This document shows positions 26,101-37,661 of a stretch of DNA of 64,000 nucleotides, in pieces. Every line of letters starts with the position of its first letter. Position 1 is the first letter of the stretch. The stretch is from Phaeosaccion multiseriatum (taxonomy: Eukaryota; Protista; Ochrophyta, other classes), in NCBI GenBank assembly GCA_965112735.1, contig OZ218962.1:1488001-1552000 (forward strand), read 5' to 3'. Position numbers and translations under genes: made by a program. A model generated the notes under the pieces. It did not search any database and was not told the DNA's origin. It saw only the letters and a program-made list of their open reading frames with translations.

Positions 26101-29100
26101 AGGCCTGTAGTTGCCGTGACTGTGGCTCCTTCTCCGGAGCCCTCGGTGCGCCCTCCCACCATCGAAGCTCGGCTCTCTCCTGAGATGGAATGAAAAAGAA
26201 ACAAGGCCCGTGTAGAGTAAGTCTTTCCTCCTGCACAGGAGCGTCCACAACATAAATGAAGCTACTCACGCTGCCACACCCGCTCCATCCTCGGAGTCCC
26301 TGGAGTATCCACTGCGCCTGCCTGCAGCTCTGTGAGAGGCCCCATCCACCAAGAAAGCACTCTGCTGCTGCCCCTCCCCCCAGCAGCGACCAAACTCGCC
26401 GCTTGTTGCGGTCTCTCCACGCCCCAACGGTGACGTCTGCGGTGAGTACATATCCTCTGTGACGCCGTATCTGTGGTCGATATCGCCGCCCTCACCCCCA
26501 TGCTGCGGGCTGTGTGCGAACCCGTCGTGGTCCCCAAGCTTGTCCACATCGCCCCCGTCGCTCTGTCCCCGGCTGACCTTGTGGAGCACCACTGGCCCCA
26601 CCTCCATGCCCGTCCGCAAAAGAATCTCAACAGGTGAATTCCCAAGCTTACGACGCAAAGGTCGTATTGCCCCACTGCCACCATGGCTGGGGCTCCAGCT
26701 CTTCATCCGGTTGAGGCGTCGCTCACCGCCGGCCCTTGGAAGACTAGCTGACTCGTGTCCTTTCCCACCGTCAGCAGTCTTTGCAAAGGAAGAAGAATCA
26801 GCCATGCAATCGCTTTTGTCACTCATGCCGTCACTGAAGGCCTGCCGGGAGCTGCTCCCATCAGTGCTTGCCCTCGAGGTATGAAGGAGAGACGACGTAG
26901 AGGCCGAAGCAGACACTGCGACAGGAAAGGACCCCTCCCCACAGCCCTGGTCCTCGTGCCCCACATGCTCAGGGCAAATAGTCGCCGTGGCAGGTGAGGG
27001 AATGGTCCCGTGGCACTTTTGACAGTGTTGCCTCGGACAGGCCATCTTGTCGTTCTCGTCGTTGCCGCTGCCCAGGCTGCCGTCCAGTGCGGTGCTGACA
27101 CGCAGAGCCCTTTCTTCATAATCCTCCCCTTCCTCTTCCTCCTCCTCCTCTACCTCCTCCTCCTCCTCTTCCTCCTCTACCTCCTCCTCCTTCTCCTCCT
27201 CCTCCACCTCGTCCACCTCCTCCTTCTTCTCCTCCCCCTGCTCCCCCTCCATCACCTCAGCCCCCCCCTTCGCCTCCATCTCCGTCTCCGCCTCCGCCCC
27301 CACCTCCTCCTGCTCCCGCTCCTCCTCCTCCCCCTCCTCCTCCTCCTCCTCCTCCTCCTCCTCCTCCTCCGCCTCCATCTCCTCCTCCCCCTCCTCCTCC
27401 TCCTCCACCTCCTCCTCCTCCTCCTCCACTACCACCACCTCCCCCACCCCCTCCTTCCCCGTTTCCACGAACATCTCCTCCCCCACGCTACTCCTCCACA
27501 CTGACAAGGGCTCTGACTCGACCATGTCCTCCCGCTCCAGTTCTCCCCCCGAGCGATTCCATTTCCCCGACCCCTGTTGGGACGTCGTCTCATTGTCCAA
27601 ATCCCCGCCCAATCTAGTTTCTCTGCCCCGAGCGCCAATACCTTCCATGGTGTCAGCAATGCCTTCTTCCTCCCTGAAAAGCAAGAGGGTCGTCTCCCTC
27701 CCTTCGCATGGACGAACGGAAGCCTCCTGAAGCTGCTGGAGCCCTTTCTCGAGCTCTTGAGCAGCGCTGGTGCTTCCTCGGAGGTGATGCCCCCCCTCTA
27801 GTCTAAAGTGGTCTTCATCATCGCGGCTCTCACCGATGTCAACCGACTCCGTTCCGCCCCAAGCACCCTCTTGCTCACCTGGCTGCTCCCGATCACCAAG
27901 TCTTTGGAACGGAGCCGTGCTATCAGGTGACCACCAGAACAGTCCTGCACTACTCGCCTGCTGGGGGGCGGGCATGTGATGGAGGGGAAGCTGGTGATGC
28001 GCGGCCTGCGGGTACGGCGGCAGCTGCGGGTAGGGATTAAAAGGAGCCGGCGGCTGCTGCTGGTACTCCTGGTGGAGGGAATGATGAGCTTGGCTTTGTC
28101 CTGCACGCGTATTGTGCCCAAAGCTGCCCCACAGGTGAGGTGTGTCCATTGCCATTCCCCTCCCGTCGTGCTCCACACCTCCATGGCGCTGCTGCAGCAG
28201 ACGCTGACGCTGCTGACGCCGCTGTCGCTGCTGCTCCTCGCCCGGCTCTCCGCCTACCACCCCAAAGCTCCCAACAGCGCTAGCAGCACAAGAAACAGCG
28301 ATGCCAGGAGGCCCTCCAAAGCCGTACAACGTTTCCCCCACCACAGCCAAGTCCTGCCAATCCTGATCGTCCAGACGCACGTCCATGCTATCAAAGCTTG
28401 CCACAGACTGACTGTCCAGTTCCCTTTCCGTGTACCCTGGGGTTGCTGCAGAGAGCGCCTCTAAAGAGTCTGCATGCGATAGTCGCGCTACGACACTTGC
28501 AGAGGGCGCAGCTCTCACAGGGGGGGCAGGGATAGAAGCCCCAGACACGGAGGAGGCAACCGGCTTCCCTGGAGGGGCCTGCTTTGAAGATGGCACCGCG
28601 CAGCAAAGCTCAAGGGTACGGTCCACACAGTCCATCACGATGCTGGCGATGAATACCCACGCCTGTGTCCTGGCTTGAAGCTTCTCATGCAGTGCACTGT
28701 CCACAGCACCCCTACTCATGTAGGTATCTCTGGTGATGTGCAGAGGCTTTACGTCCTCCTCCTCCTCCCCCCCCTCCTCCTCCTCCACTTCCCCATTTTC
28801 TGCTGTAGCTGTTTCCCCTATGATGGGACCTTCACATGAAAGGCCCGCTGTTGGCGATACCGCCCTGCCAGTCTTTCCGCGCTTCTTTTTCTTCTTCTTT
28901 CGTCGCTTTTTTAATGCTGCCTTTCCCCCCTTTTCTGAGGGAGTCTCGTCCCCCTGGTCCTCAAGCAAAAGCCGTGCCGCTTGAGCTGCGCTCTCCTCCT
29001 GCATCCGCCCTTCAAGTCCAACGTACAGGTCCTGTTTGAAGAGGTCCACCACTCCTCCAGCGCTGAAGAGCGGGCACACGAGCAGACCTTCCCCCCTTTT

Positions 29101-30393
29101 CAGCGCTAAAGGGGGCGTCGCACTCGCTTCGGATCGCTGCTGCTGCTGCAGCTGCTCCTGCTGCTGCCGTTGGCGGCTCTCCTGCAGCCCCTCGACGAGG
29201 TCCAGGAGCCCTTTTAACATGATAAGCTCGTCCGGCGGTCTCCCAGGCACCCAGTCGATGCCTCCTGGATCAAGCCGTCCGGTTTTGAACAGCGCCAACT
29301 CTATGCTCTGACGACCGCGTCCCAAGACGCCCTTGAAGGACTTGACTCCTTGCTCAAGTACCTCTTTGCGCACCTCTTGCTTCCTTGTCCTCCGAGAGCA
29401 AGGAGGCTGGCGAGGACAGAGACGTCCTTCCAAGTACTGGTGCGTTCTCTCCCTCCTCTCTCTCTCTCTATCTCCCACTCTCTCCTTCTCTCTCTCGAAA
29501 CGCCCGCCTTTCATATCGGACACTTGTGAGGCAGCGTCAAGCGCTTCGCTCCCTTCTGCCGCTTTCGTCTGAGGCCTTCCAGACTCATCGCCGTACTCCC
29601 TCTTCCAAAAGCCGTTCACGAGGCAAGCTTCGACCCTACTGGCCAGGAAAGCACCCAGCGACGTGGCGGGTCTATCACTCAACCATTGAGCTTTGTCCCA
29701 CACCCCTCTCGCAGAATTCTCACTCTGGGCAAGGCTAGGTCCGGTGAGAAAGCGGCCCCCAGATATCGCATCCATCACCGCAACGAAGTCCTCCTGCATC
29801 GCCAGGAAGCCCTCCCCAAAGGTGAGGGCGACTACCGAATCACCCCCACGGATCATAGCCGCCCTCTCGAGCTGCGCACACGCGTCCTTCTCCGCCGGCG
29901 TTCCGCTGAGGCGTCGCTTTGGCTGCACAGCTTGGTAGGACGCGCGCGAGAGCATATTGACCACCATGCTACTGCAGCTGCGCAAAGCCTTGGACCTGCT
30001 CTCGGGGGGGCTGACGTGGAAGTGTACGGTGCGCATCGCTGCGTGGAGTCCTCTTCAGGGCAGGACGAAGTGGACAATGGGTTAGGGTGACGAAATACTC
30101 TTCCGCCTGCGGTTCGAGTCCCGCGGAACTCACCTCTGGGGGCTGCACCCGCTCTGGCGCTGGCACGCGGCCATTGCGCACACCAGGCGCACATATTCCC
30201 TATCAGCCGTGGTCAGCACCAGTGCACGATCTGGTACGTCCAGGCTGCGAAACCAAGCGAGCACAGACTCCCGCAGAAGTGAACGCTCGTTGCCATGGGA
30301 AACAAGGGCCTGTTGCACCAGAGCATCCAAAGGTCCTCGCTGCTTTGGGTCGTCTTTCGCACGGGGTAGCCGTACGCTCTTGTCACCAAACAT
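23195..30393 (-). CDS. Very large non-canonical poly(A) polymerase / terminal nucleotidyltransferase (Trf4/PAPD5 core; MEE44-like N-terminus)
   Basis: Catalytic YGSFVTGLSLPWSDMDLV, VDISF, LRPLVLLLKQFLKERGL..YTGGLSSY, LFVEDPL..GNNVGRN. N-terminus ESVLAWFRSLDVPDRALVLT. Long low-complexity middle exon 26266-30050. Confidence 0.85.
27120..27445. repeat. (CCT)n / poly-Glu coding repeat
   Basis: Imperfect CTC triplet tract encoding a ~100-aa Glu-rich stretch on the minus strand. Confidence 0.9.
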
Positions 30394-30610
30394 GACTTGG
30401 CCTCATTACACTATGCAGAAGGCACAAAATGCTGTGCTTACATACCGTATCGGCCCATCGTGGTGGTCAGGAGGTAGAATCCGCCCAGGTAACGATTTGG
30501 CGACGCTCACCTCCCTCAGGGTCGAGGGAACACACGAGAAAAAGCTGAAGGTTCTGCTGCTCAGAGAAGACACAAGCAGAGAGCTGGAACTTGGAAGTGA
30601 AGGCTTGGAA

Positions 30611-31015
30611 ATGGATGGCTTTGGCGAGAAGGAGTTGCCCGTGGCGCGGACCCCCTATGATGCCATGCGTTTAGGCCTGCCGGCTTCAGCGGCACAACAG
30701 GCGGAGCAGCTGCACACAGTCGACTCCATGCAGAGAGCGAGAAAGAGCACGAGGGGGGACTTCGAGGCCAAGATGGAGACGGCACGGGTACTGTACGGGA
30801 CGGCATTTGTGATGCGTATGAAGACGGAGGTGGCACAGCTGTCAATGCCTCAACGACTACCCGGGCTGCCCAACTCGTACCTTGGACTTGAGACGGTACT
30901 GGGCAAAGACGAGCTGCTGGAGTTTGAGGACTACCTCAACTTGGAGCAGGATAGGCCCGTGGCTGCCAAATTCGCAGTGCACGACGCCATGGAGATCAAA
31001 TACGGCTTCATGTGA
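30611..31015 (+). CDS. UMP1: Proteasome maturation factor UMP1/POMP
   Basis: DAMRLG...VLYGTAFVMRMKTE...QRLPGLPNSYLGLETVLGKDELLEFEDYLN...HDAMEIKYG. Confidence 0.9.
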   Translation: MDGFGEKELPVARTPYDAMRLGLPASAAQQAEQLHTVDSMQRARKSTRGDFEAKMETARVLYGTAFVMRMKTEVAQLSMPQRLPGLPNSYLGLETVLGKDELLEFEDYLNLEQDRPVAAKFAVHDAMEIKYGFM

Positions 31016-31314
31016 GCAGCAGACGAAGGCAGTAGTGGTTCGAAGAGGTAAGGGCGCGCCAGAGCCCGGAGGCGGAGGTATGCCTTCCCATAGAACCTTT
31101 CCCTTTGGTGTAATACGGCTTCCTGTGAGCAGCAGAGGAATGCAGTGCTTCGCAGGACCTTGCGGCAAGGACACGCCGGAGAGCCTGACAGTGGAAGCAT
31201 TGTGCATGGTGCATGCCTTCCCATAAAAGCTTTCTGTTGAATTATAATATGCTATGTACACGAGCATATGTATCCTGCGCGGGATGCCTCTCTATGTGAA
31301 CAAGCTGTAACAGC

Positions 31315-32940
31315 TCACCCGGCTCTTGTGGCCTGGGCAGCAATTTGCAGGGAGCGATTCTCCTCGTAAAGCCTCATGATCTCCCCTTTCAAGGCCGGGA
31401 CCGCTGCCGCTTGCTCATTGGCAGCCAGCAGCTCTGCTCTAAGGCGATGTGTGAGCTCTACCCACTCTGCGGTCTCCGCGGCATAGTCCTGCCCCAGGCC
31501 TGCCTCTACTCTACACCTTTCCTGCAGCTTTTTGCTCTCCTCCAGCATGCCCCACACCACTTGGTCCTTGACTGCGAGCACCTTTTCGTACCGATCGGCC
31601 CTCCGCAGCACCTCCAGTCGCTCCGCCATCTCCCGTGGAAAGTCGTCGGGGGTAACGTCAATGGAGGCGTCCAGGGGCTTATCCGCAATCTTCTCAATGG
31701 AGGTGCACAGGTCTGCGTAGCTCTGAATCAGGTCCACCATCCTGCCTGCACCATCAAACTCGTGCCTGTACCTGCTGGCGGGCGCTACATAGCCGGGCTC
31801 TCCCGCAGCAGCAGCAGCAGGAGCGCCGCTCCCCAGGCTGCCTGCACCGTACCCTTGCCGACCCCCACCTCCTTTATCGGCAGCCCCTCCGACTGCCACA
31901 CACGCCACTCTCTCGGCGATGCCGTCTATGATGAGCAGCTCTGCGGTGACATCCCCCACCCTCTGCTGCAGAGATGCCTGCTTGAGACTTTCCGCAGAGC
32001 GGAGGCGTTCCAAAATGGCGTTTGTGTCCGCCATTGTTTCTCGCTCAATGGCCGATACTGCCATTTTCACCTCTTCTGCCGTGCTGTGCAGCCTTCGCCG
32101 CAGCTGCAACAAGCCCTCTCGGGCAGGCAAGAGTCGAGAGGAAACTAGAGCTTCGAGACGAGACATGCGTCGATCGTACGCGTCTCCCAAGGGCACGACG
32201 GTATGACCAAGGGATTGCTGGGCACCTGCCGCCTCCCGTGGAACAGGCACACCCGTAGTCTCGTTGTAATGCGTCAGCGGTGGCCCTACCCTCACACCTC
32301 CGTAGTTGTACGCGTCCACTGCCTCCAGAGGATCCAACGGAGCAGGCCCCAACCCACGCTGCCCCCCCCCGTCCTGCTGCTGACGCTCATCTGCCTGTTT
32401 TTCTTTCATCAGCCTCTCAAAGTCCGCCTGGGAAAGCATGCCATCTTTCGTGCTGCTATATCGCTCAAAGAGCTGCCCCATGTCAAATGGATTCCCCCCA
32501 GCTTCCGAAGCGGAGAGTCTTCGTGGAGAAGATGCTGCTGCTCCTACTCCTGCGGCTGCTCCTGCTGCTGTTGTTCCACCTCCTCCGCTCTTCCGCTCTC
32601 TCCACATCTTCTGGAAGTCCTGTGCATCCAAGCGCCCCCCGCCCCCATTAGCATACCGCTCAAACAAGAGGCCGGCCTCAAAATCCGAGCTCGGAACCTT
32701 GGGCTCCTTCTGCGGAAGAGTAGCGTCTCCTGTCGAGCTCTTCGGCGCTGACTCTCCACTCTTCTTCCTCGACGACGAGGGTCTGGAGCTGGAGCTGGAG
32801 GACTTTTTCTTCTTGGAGGAGCTGCTGCTGCTGCTCTTCTTCTCCTTGTCCTTGTCTGTCTTGTCTTTATCGCGAGAGCTCGACTTCTTCGACCTTGATG
32901 AGCTGGACTTTTTCTCCTTGTCCTTCTCTTTGGTTGGCAT
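31315..32940 (-). CDS. Intronless EF-hand-like + coiled-coil protein
   Basis: 541-aa ORF with K/S-rich N-terminus, EF-hand-like LFERYANGGGGRLDAQDF and LFERYSSTKDGMLSQADF, and heptad-rich C-terminus. Confidence 0.65.
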   Translation of the reverse strand: MPTKEKDKEKKSSSSRSKKSSSRDKDKTDKDKEKKSSSSSSSKKKKSSSSSSRPSSSRKKSGESAPKSSTGDATLPQKEPKVPSSDFEAGLLFERYANGGGGRLDAQDFQKMWRERKSGGGGTTAAGAAAGVGAAASSPRRLSASEAGGNPFDMGQLFERYSSTKDGMLSQADFERLMKEKQADERQQQDGGGQRGLGPAPLDPLEAVDAYNYGGVRVGPPLTHYNETTGVPVPREAAGAQQSLGHTVVPLGDAYDRRMSRLEALVSSRLLPAREGLLQLRRRLHSTAEEVKMAVSAIERETMADTNAILERLRSAESLKQASLQQRVGDVTAELLIIDGIAERVACVAVGGAADKGGGGRQGYGAGSLGSGAPAAAAAGEPGYVAPASRYRHEFDGAGRMVDLIQSYADLCTSIEKIADKPLDASIDVTPDDFPREMAERLEVLRRADRYEKVLAVKDQVVWGMLEESKKLQERCRVEAGLGQDYAAETAEWVELTHRLRAELLAANEQAAAVPALKGEIMRLYEENRSLQIAAQATRAG

Positions 32941-33058
32941 CGCGCCCCCCCGCGCCCACTTCTTTGAACGTTTAAGGGAAGTTATTGCCCATCCCGTGCG
33001 GAGTCCCTCGCTTTTTTGTTGGGCGCGCGAAGAGGGGACTTAACAACACAAAGATCTC

Positions 33059-35272
33059 ATGGGACGGGTGAATCGCAAGAAGAAGCATGGAAAGAAGGCC
33101 CGCGACAAGGCGAATCCAATAGGCGGCCATGGCTCCGCGGCGGAAGGAAGCTCGGTGTCTCAAGGCTCCTCCTCGGGAGGTGTACTGGAAGGCCTCGGGA
33201 GCCTCGATACTGCGGTGAGAGAGAGCAGCTGCATGGCTATTGCCAGCATGTTTTCGACTCTGGAGTACGGTCATGGTAACAGTAGCAACGACACCAACTG
33301 GGCCGTGGCAAAGAAGCTGCTGGACGGTGGAGTTGTGCGGGCGCTGCTGCATCGCCTGGTCGATGCGGCCCCCTCGGTGCGCCTCAACGCAGCTGGCGCG
33401 CTCCATAACATTTCAGGCACAGGAGACCCACGGATCTGCGAGCGAATGGTGCACGATGACAGTCTTACTCCGCTCTTGAAGCTGCTCGGGGATTCCTCTT
33501 CGGGAGGAGTGGTTGTTGAGGCAAACGAGGCGGCTCACGCGCAGGCCGCGGTGCTGAAGCAAATGCTGCTATGCCTGACCAATCTATTGGAGGCCTCTGA
33601 CGTAGCGGTGTCTCGCTTCACTCAGCAGGGCGGCCTGAAGGTCCTGCTGGCCCTGCTCGGGTCTGGTGGCGGTGGTGAGCGGAGCCGCAGTGAGATATTC
33701 GATGCAGCACTTGCCGTGCTCCATCTGGTGACAGATTCCAACCCTGTACTTGTGCAGCAGCTCATGGACGCTCCGACGGCAGTGGATTCTCTAGTCACTC
33801 TGGTGGGCGCAGGAGCTGCAGACACTGCTCTTCCTATGCTCCCGGCGACGAGTCGCCTGCACGCTGCGGGGGTGCTGACACAGGTCCTCGGGTACCTCTG
33901 TGAGGAGCCCCAGAGCTCGAGGCGGGGACAACTCGAAATCCTAGAGCCCGCCAGGTTTGTAGAGGTCATCATTCCAGTCTTGATGGAGAGCGTGGAGTAT
34001 GATGCGGAGGGACTTACTCGCGCGAAGGCGGAGTTGGCGCAAGCGCTGCCTGCGCCAGCGCCGCGCTCTAGGCCTCAAAGTGTGAATGGAGACAACAGCG
34101 GGGTGCTAGAAATGGAGGAAGACCAAGGCGGGCAGGAACCGGCACCGCTGCCCATCCCACCACCGCCGACGGCCAAGCAGAAGAAGGAGGTGGACTACGA
34201 CGGCATGAGCGAAGAGGCGAGCATTCGATGGCAGTGGAAGGAGGCCGTCGCGCAGCCCCTCAAGGTGGCCGTGGAGGTGCTGAATGACGTCAGCAGCTTG
34301 GGAGTCGAGGAAGGGAGCGCAGATGAAGAAGAAGGGTTGTTGGAGGAGTGGGAGAGTGACGATGTTGCTGGAGGGGGCGCGGGTGCGGTGGTCGCAGCAG
34401 CTGCTGCTGCACCCTTTACCAATGTGAGTTCTCAAGGAGGGACCGATTTTTCTTCTCGATTGGCGGCAGCAGTACATGCAAAGCTATTGTCCATCGAAGC
34501 TCTCCCCAAGGTCCTGTCGGTGGTCACCAAGTTGGTTGAGGTCAATGTTGCGGAGGACTCTTCATTGCCCAACGGAATTTCAAAGGACATTGCCGAGCTT
34601 CGCGTGACATGCGCCTTGTGCGCTGCCAACTTGTTACAGAACGCTCCTCTCAAGAGCCTGGGTGACCTCGAGCAAATGTGGAACACCGTGTGCAGTCTTG
34701 TGCAACACGCGTGCTCTTCTACAGTGGGGAGGCGGGCTTCACCTGAAATGGTTGCTGCACTCTCTAGCATACTATGGGGGCTCGTGCGGAGGGACAGCGC
34801 GGGGGGGGCGCGGCTGGCCTCAAAGCTTCCCTCAGGAATGGGCGAGCAAGTGGATTCGTCCATAGACCTTATTTTTGGCCTTTGCGACCCGGCAAACGTG
34901 CACGCGAATGTGGAGACACGGGTAAATGCGGTAGCCATCCTGTCAGGTCTAGGAAGTGCTTCAGTACACAACGAAGCGTGTAACAGGGTGTTGGGGAGTG
35001 CGCTGGTGGCTGCCCTGGACGATCCCTGCCCCCTCGTACAGAGCGAGGCCTTGAACGGCATCATGGACATATACGGGGGGCAGGACATCGAGGCCTACGA
35101 CCGGGTCTTTGCAGATGGGGGCATGCTGCAGGCGCTACAGAGAGTGGCAGGAGACTTCAAGGCGAAGGTGCGGCGCGAAGGTGCTCAGCACGGGCAGGAC
35201 GCGCTGGCACATATGAAGGAGACTGCCCTCAACACCACCCGCTTCATCAAGTACAAGAGAGAACACAAATAA
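33059..35272 (+). CDS. HEATR3: HEAT/ARM repeat protein HEATR3/Syo1 (ribosomal L5/L11 import adaptor)
   Basis: Basic N-terminus MGRVNRKKKH...NPIG, ARM repeats (VRLNAAGALHNIS), C-terminus SEALNGIMDIYG...FKAKVR...NTTRFIKYK. Confidence 0.75.
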   Translation: MGRVNRKKKHGKKARDKANPIGGHGSAAEGSSVSQGSSSGGVLEGLGSLDTAVRESSCMAIASMFSTLEYGHGNSSNDTNWAVAKKLLDGGVVRALLHRLVDAAPSVRLNAAGALHNISGTGDPRICERMVHDDSLTPLLKLLGDSSSGGVVVEANEAAHAQAAVLKQMLLCLTNLLEASDVAVSRFTQQGGLKVLLALLGSGGGGERSRSEIFDAALAVLHLVTDSNPVLVQQLMDAPTAVDSLVTLVGAGAADTALPMLPATSRLHAAGVLTQVLGYLCEEPQSSRRGQLEILEPARFVEVIIPVLMESVEYDAEGLTRAKAELAQALPAPAPRSRPQSVNGDNSGVLEMEEDQGGQEPAPLPIPPPPTAKQKKEVDYDGMSEEASIRWQWKEAVAQPLKVAVEVLNDVSSLGVEEGSADEEEGLLEEWESDDVAGGGAGAVVAAAAAAPFTNVSSQGGTDFSSRLAAAVHAKLLSIEALPKVLSVVTKLVEVNVAEDSSLPNGISKDIAELRVTCALCAANLLQNAPLKSLGDLEQMWNTVCSLVQHACSSTVGRRASPEMVAALSSILWGLVRRDSAGGARLASKLPSGMGEQVDSSIDLIFGLCDPANVHANVETRVNAVAILSGLGSASVHNEACNRVLGSALVAALDDPCPLVQSEALNGIMDIYGGQDIEAYDRVFADGGMLQALQRVAGDFKAKVRREGAQHGQDALAHMKETALNTTRFIKYKREHK

Positions 35273-35701
35273 CCAATACTTTTACTTTACCAATACTTCT
35301 TTCAAAAAGTATCCTAATGCTTCAATTCAACATCCTATCTCCCTCCTCGATGGGCGAAGAGAGGAGAGTAGGATGAATTATGGAGGAAACTGAAACTGAG
35401 AACTGAAGACTTGTACTACGGACGAGCAACAAAACCCCCTCTCTTCTCTTCAGGTGATGCTCTCAACACTGTCTGGCTACGATTTACGACTCTCTTCTGT
35501 GTACACGCCCGCACGATCCTCTCCCGCTATTGTACTCCATGTATTGTTTCTCTTCCTCCCATCTCCTTCCCCCGCCTGTCTCACTCCGCCGCTTGTCCAT
35601 GCTCTGCGATCTCTCTTTCTGTCCCGTCTTGCCTTTTATCCCGGAAAGATTGGCTTTAAGGTGCCGTCCCCAGGCTCGAGAGCGAGAGATAGGCGGCGAT
35701 C

Positions 35702-37513
35702 ATGGCGCTAACACCTCAAGAGATGCGGGAGAAGAGAAAGGCGAGGATCATGGCCCGGAATCAAAGTGGAGGGCTTGCGGTCACCGACCTCATGTCGGAG
35801 GAAGAAAGAAAGAAGCAGGACGAGGAAAAGAGGACGAAGGAGGGAAAAGAGGAGGAGGAAGAAGAGGACGAGGACGAGGACGAGGAGGAGGAGGAGGAGG
35901 AGGAGGAGGAGGAGGAGGAGGAGGAGGAGGAGGAGGAGCAGGAGCAGGAGCAGGAGGAGGAGGAGGAAGAGGCCGGGGGGGATGAAGGAGCGCAAGATGG
36001 GCAGCTCTCTCCGGCTCCAACTGCTGCTGGCGATGTCGATCTCGCTTTGGACAGCGCAGTGGAAGACTTCTTCGCGATGGAGCATGAAAAGCAGCAGACG
36101 AAGGAGGTGGCTGCTGTCTCACAGACGGCTGGACCTGGGCCCGTATCTTCGGCTCGACAGAAGGCTGCTGAGCGGCGAAAGCGCATCCTCGCGAAGGGCA
36201 AGGAGCGCATGGCGTTGGTTCAGGGTGACCGTATCGTAGGCGGGCACGATCCTGCATCGGTGGGGTCGGTGAAAGAGAGTGGAGAGGATTCCGAAGAGGG
36301 GAAGGAGGGAGCCAATGCTGAAACCCCCCCGTCCACGTTCGACGCGGACACCTTTGTACCCAATAAGATACGAGTCGTTCGTCCCGCGAAAGTCACGTCT
36401 GGCCGCGCTGAGCAGCAGCAGCAACAGCAGCCGCGAACCTCGGGAAGTGCTATTTTCAAGGGCAAGCCTTTGGATGCAGACACGGCTCGGAAGCTTCAGG
36501 AAACTAAGGACGAGGTGGCTGCCAGGCGGAAGCGGTTGGCGAGCTCCCGAGGCATCCGCAGGACCCTCTCCTTCTGGACCTTTGTGGAGGCGTTGGTGAC
36601 GTTTCTGGTGATGGCGACGATTGGGGTGTGCCTCGGTATGATGATGTTGCCCACTGCTATGGAGGCAGTGGAGGAGCAGGCAGCGGCCAGGGCGAGGAGT
36701 GCCGAGCTGGGGAGCAGTCGGGCGTCAATGGAGCAGTACGCGCGAGAGCTGGGGGGTGGAGCGGGGGGCGGGGTTGCGGCAGAGTTCGAGGGCCGAGACT
36801 TCGAGGCGGGCGGCGTGGCAGCCTGGGATTCACCGCTTGTGGACTTTGTGGGCAGGAAAGTCGAATTCCTGTTCGACATTCTCTCTTCCTGCTTTTCCTT
36901 CTCCTGCTTACCGCTTCTCATCCTAGCCGTGGCTGCGCGATTGGTGGTCCTGGGCGTTTTTGCTGGTGTGCGCCTCCTGCTGGGCTACCCGCTGCTCGTG
37001 TCAGCGAAGAAGAAGAGTACGGGAGACTTTGACATCGTCGGAATTGTCGCCAAGGTGGTGCCAGGACTGGCCAAGGCGATACGTGAGTGAATACTCCTGG
37101 GGCAACCCTTGGCGCTTACCACTGTGCTTTTGTGCGTACTTTCTGACGTGATTTACCTCCCTCCTCGCATTTGCCGCCTTCCTGTCTACTGACTACAGGG
37201 GCTTGGAATATTTCACAGGCAATCCTGGGAGACATGTCGCTGATTCTGCTGTCGGTCCTCGCCACCTTTGTTGCCGGTACGATCGTAGGTGGGGTGAGGA
37301 GGAGGATGCAAGGGGCGGAGTTTGCCTTTCTCTGCCTTCCTACCCCTGCAGAGAGAAAGAAAGAGAGAGCGAGAGCTGCCTTGTCCTTATCAACTTTGAC
37401 ACCCCCCCCCTCCTGACTACTTTTGCTCTCTACGAAATGCAGGCGTGTACGCTCCCCAGCTCAAGGGCATGGTGGATACTCTGAGCATGGACGGCGGCGT
37501 TCAGGACCTGTAA
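35702..37513 (+). CDS. GET2/CAML-like ER membrane protein (3 exons)
   Basis: Basic helical motifs REKRKARIMAR and AERRKRILAKGKERMALVQG, poly-Glu linker, three C-terminal hydrophobic segments. Last exon ends MDGGVQDL*. Confidence 0.55.
35850..35972. repeat. (GAG)n poly-Glu coding repeat
   Basis: Direct GAG/GAC/CAG triplet run. Confidence 0.9.
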
Positions 37514-37661
37514 TGTGTCCGCTGAGGAGGGGGGGGGGGTTCAGGGAAAGGCATATGTGACGACTTTTGCAGGCGCGCACAGTCATCTTTAATGCCAAGA
37601 GTTTTATGGTTTTATGTTCGATATGTACAGGTTATGGTAAAACAGGAGCCGCGCCGTCGAC

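Noticed and set aside
27010-27504. Poly-Leu, poly-Ser and poly-Arg ORFs here and at 35708-36257
   Set aside because: Alternative frames or strands of poly-Glu triplet repeats.
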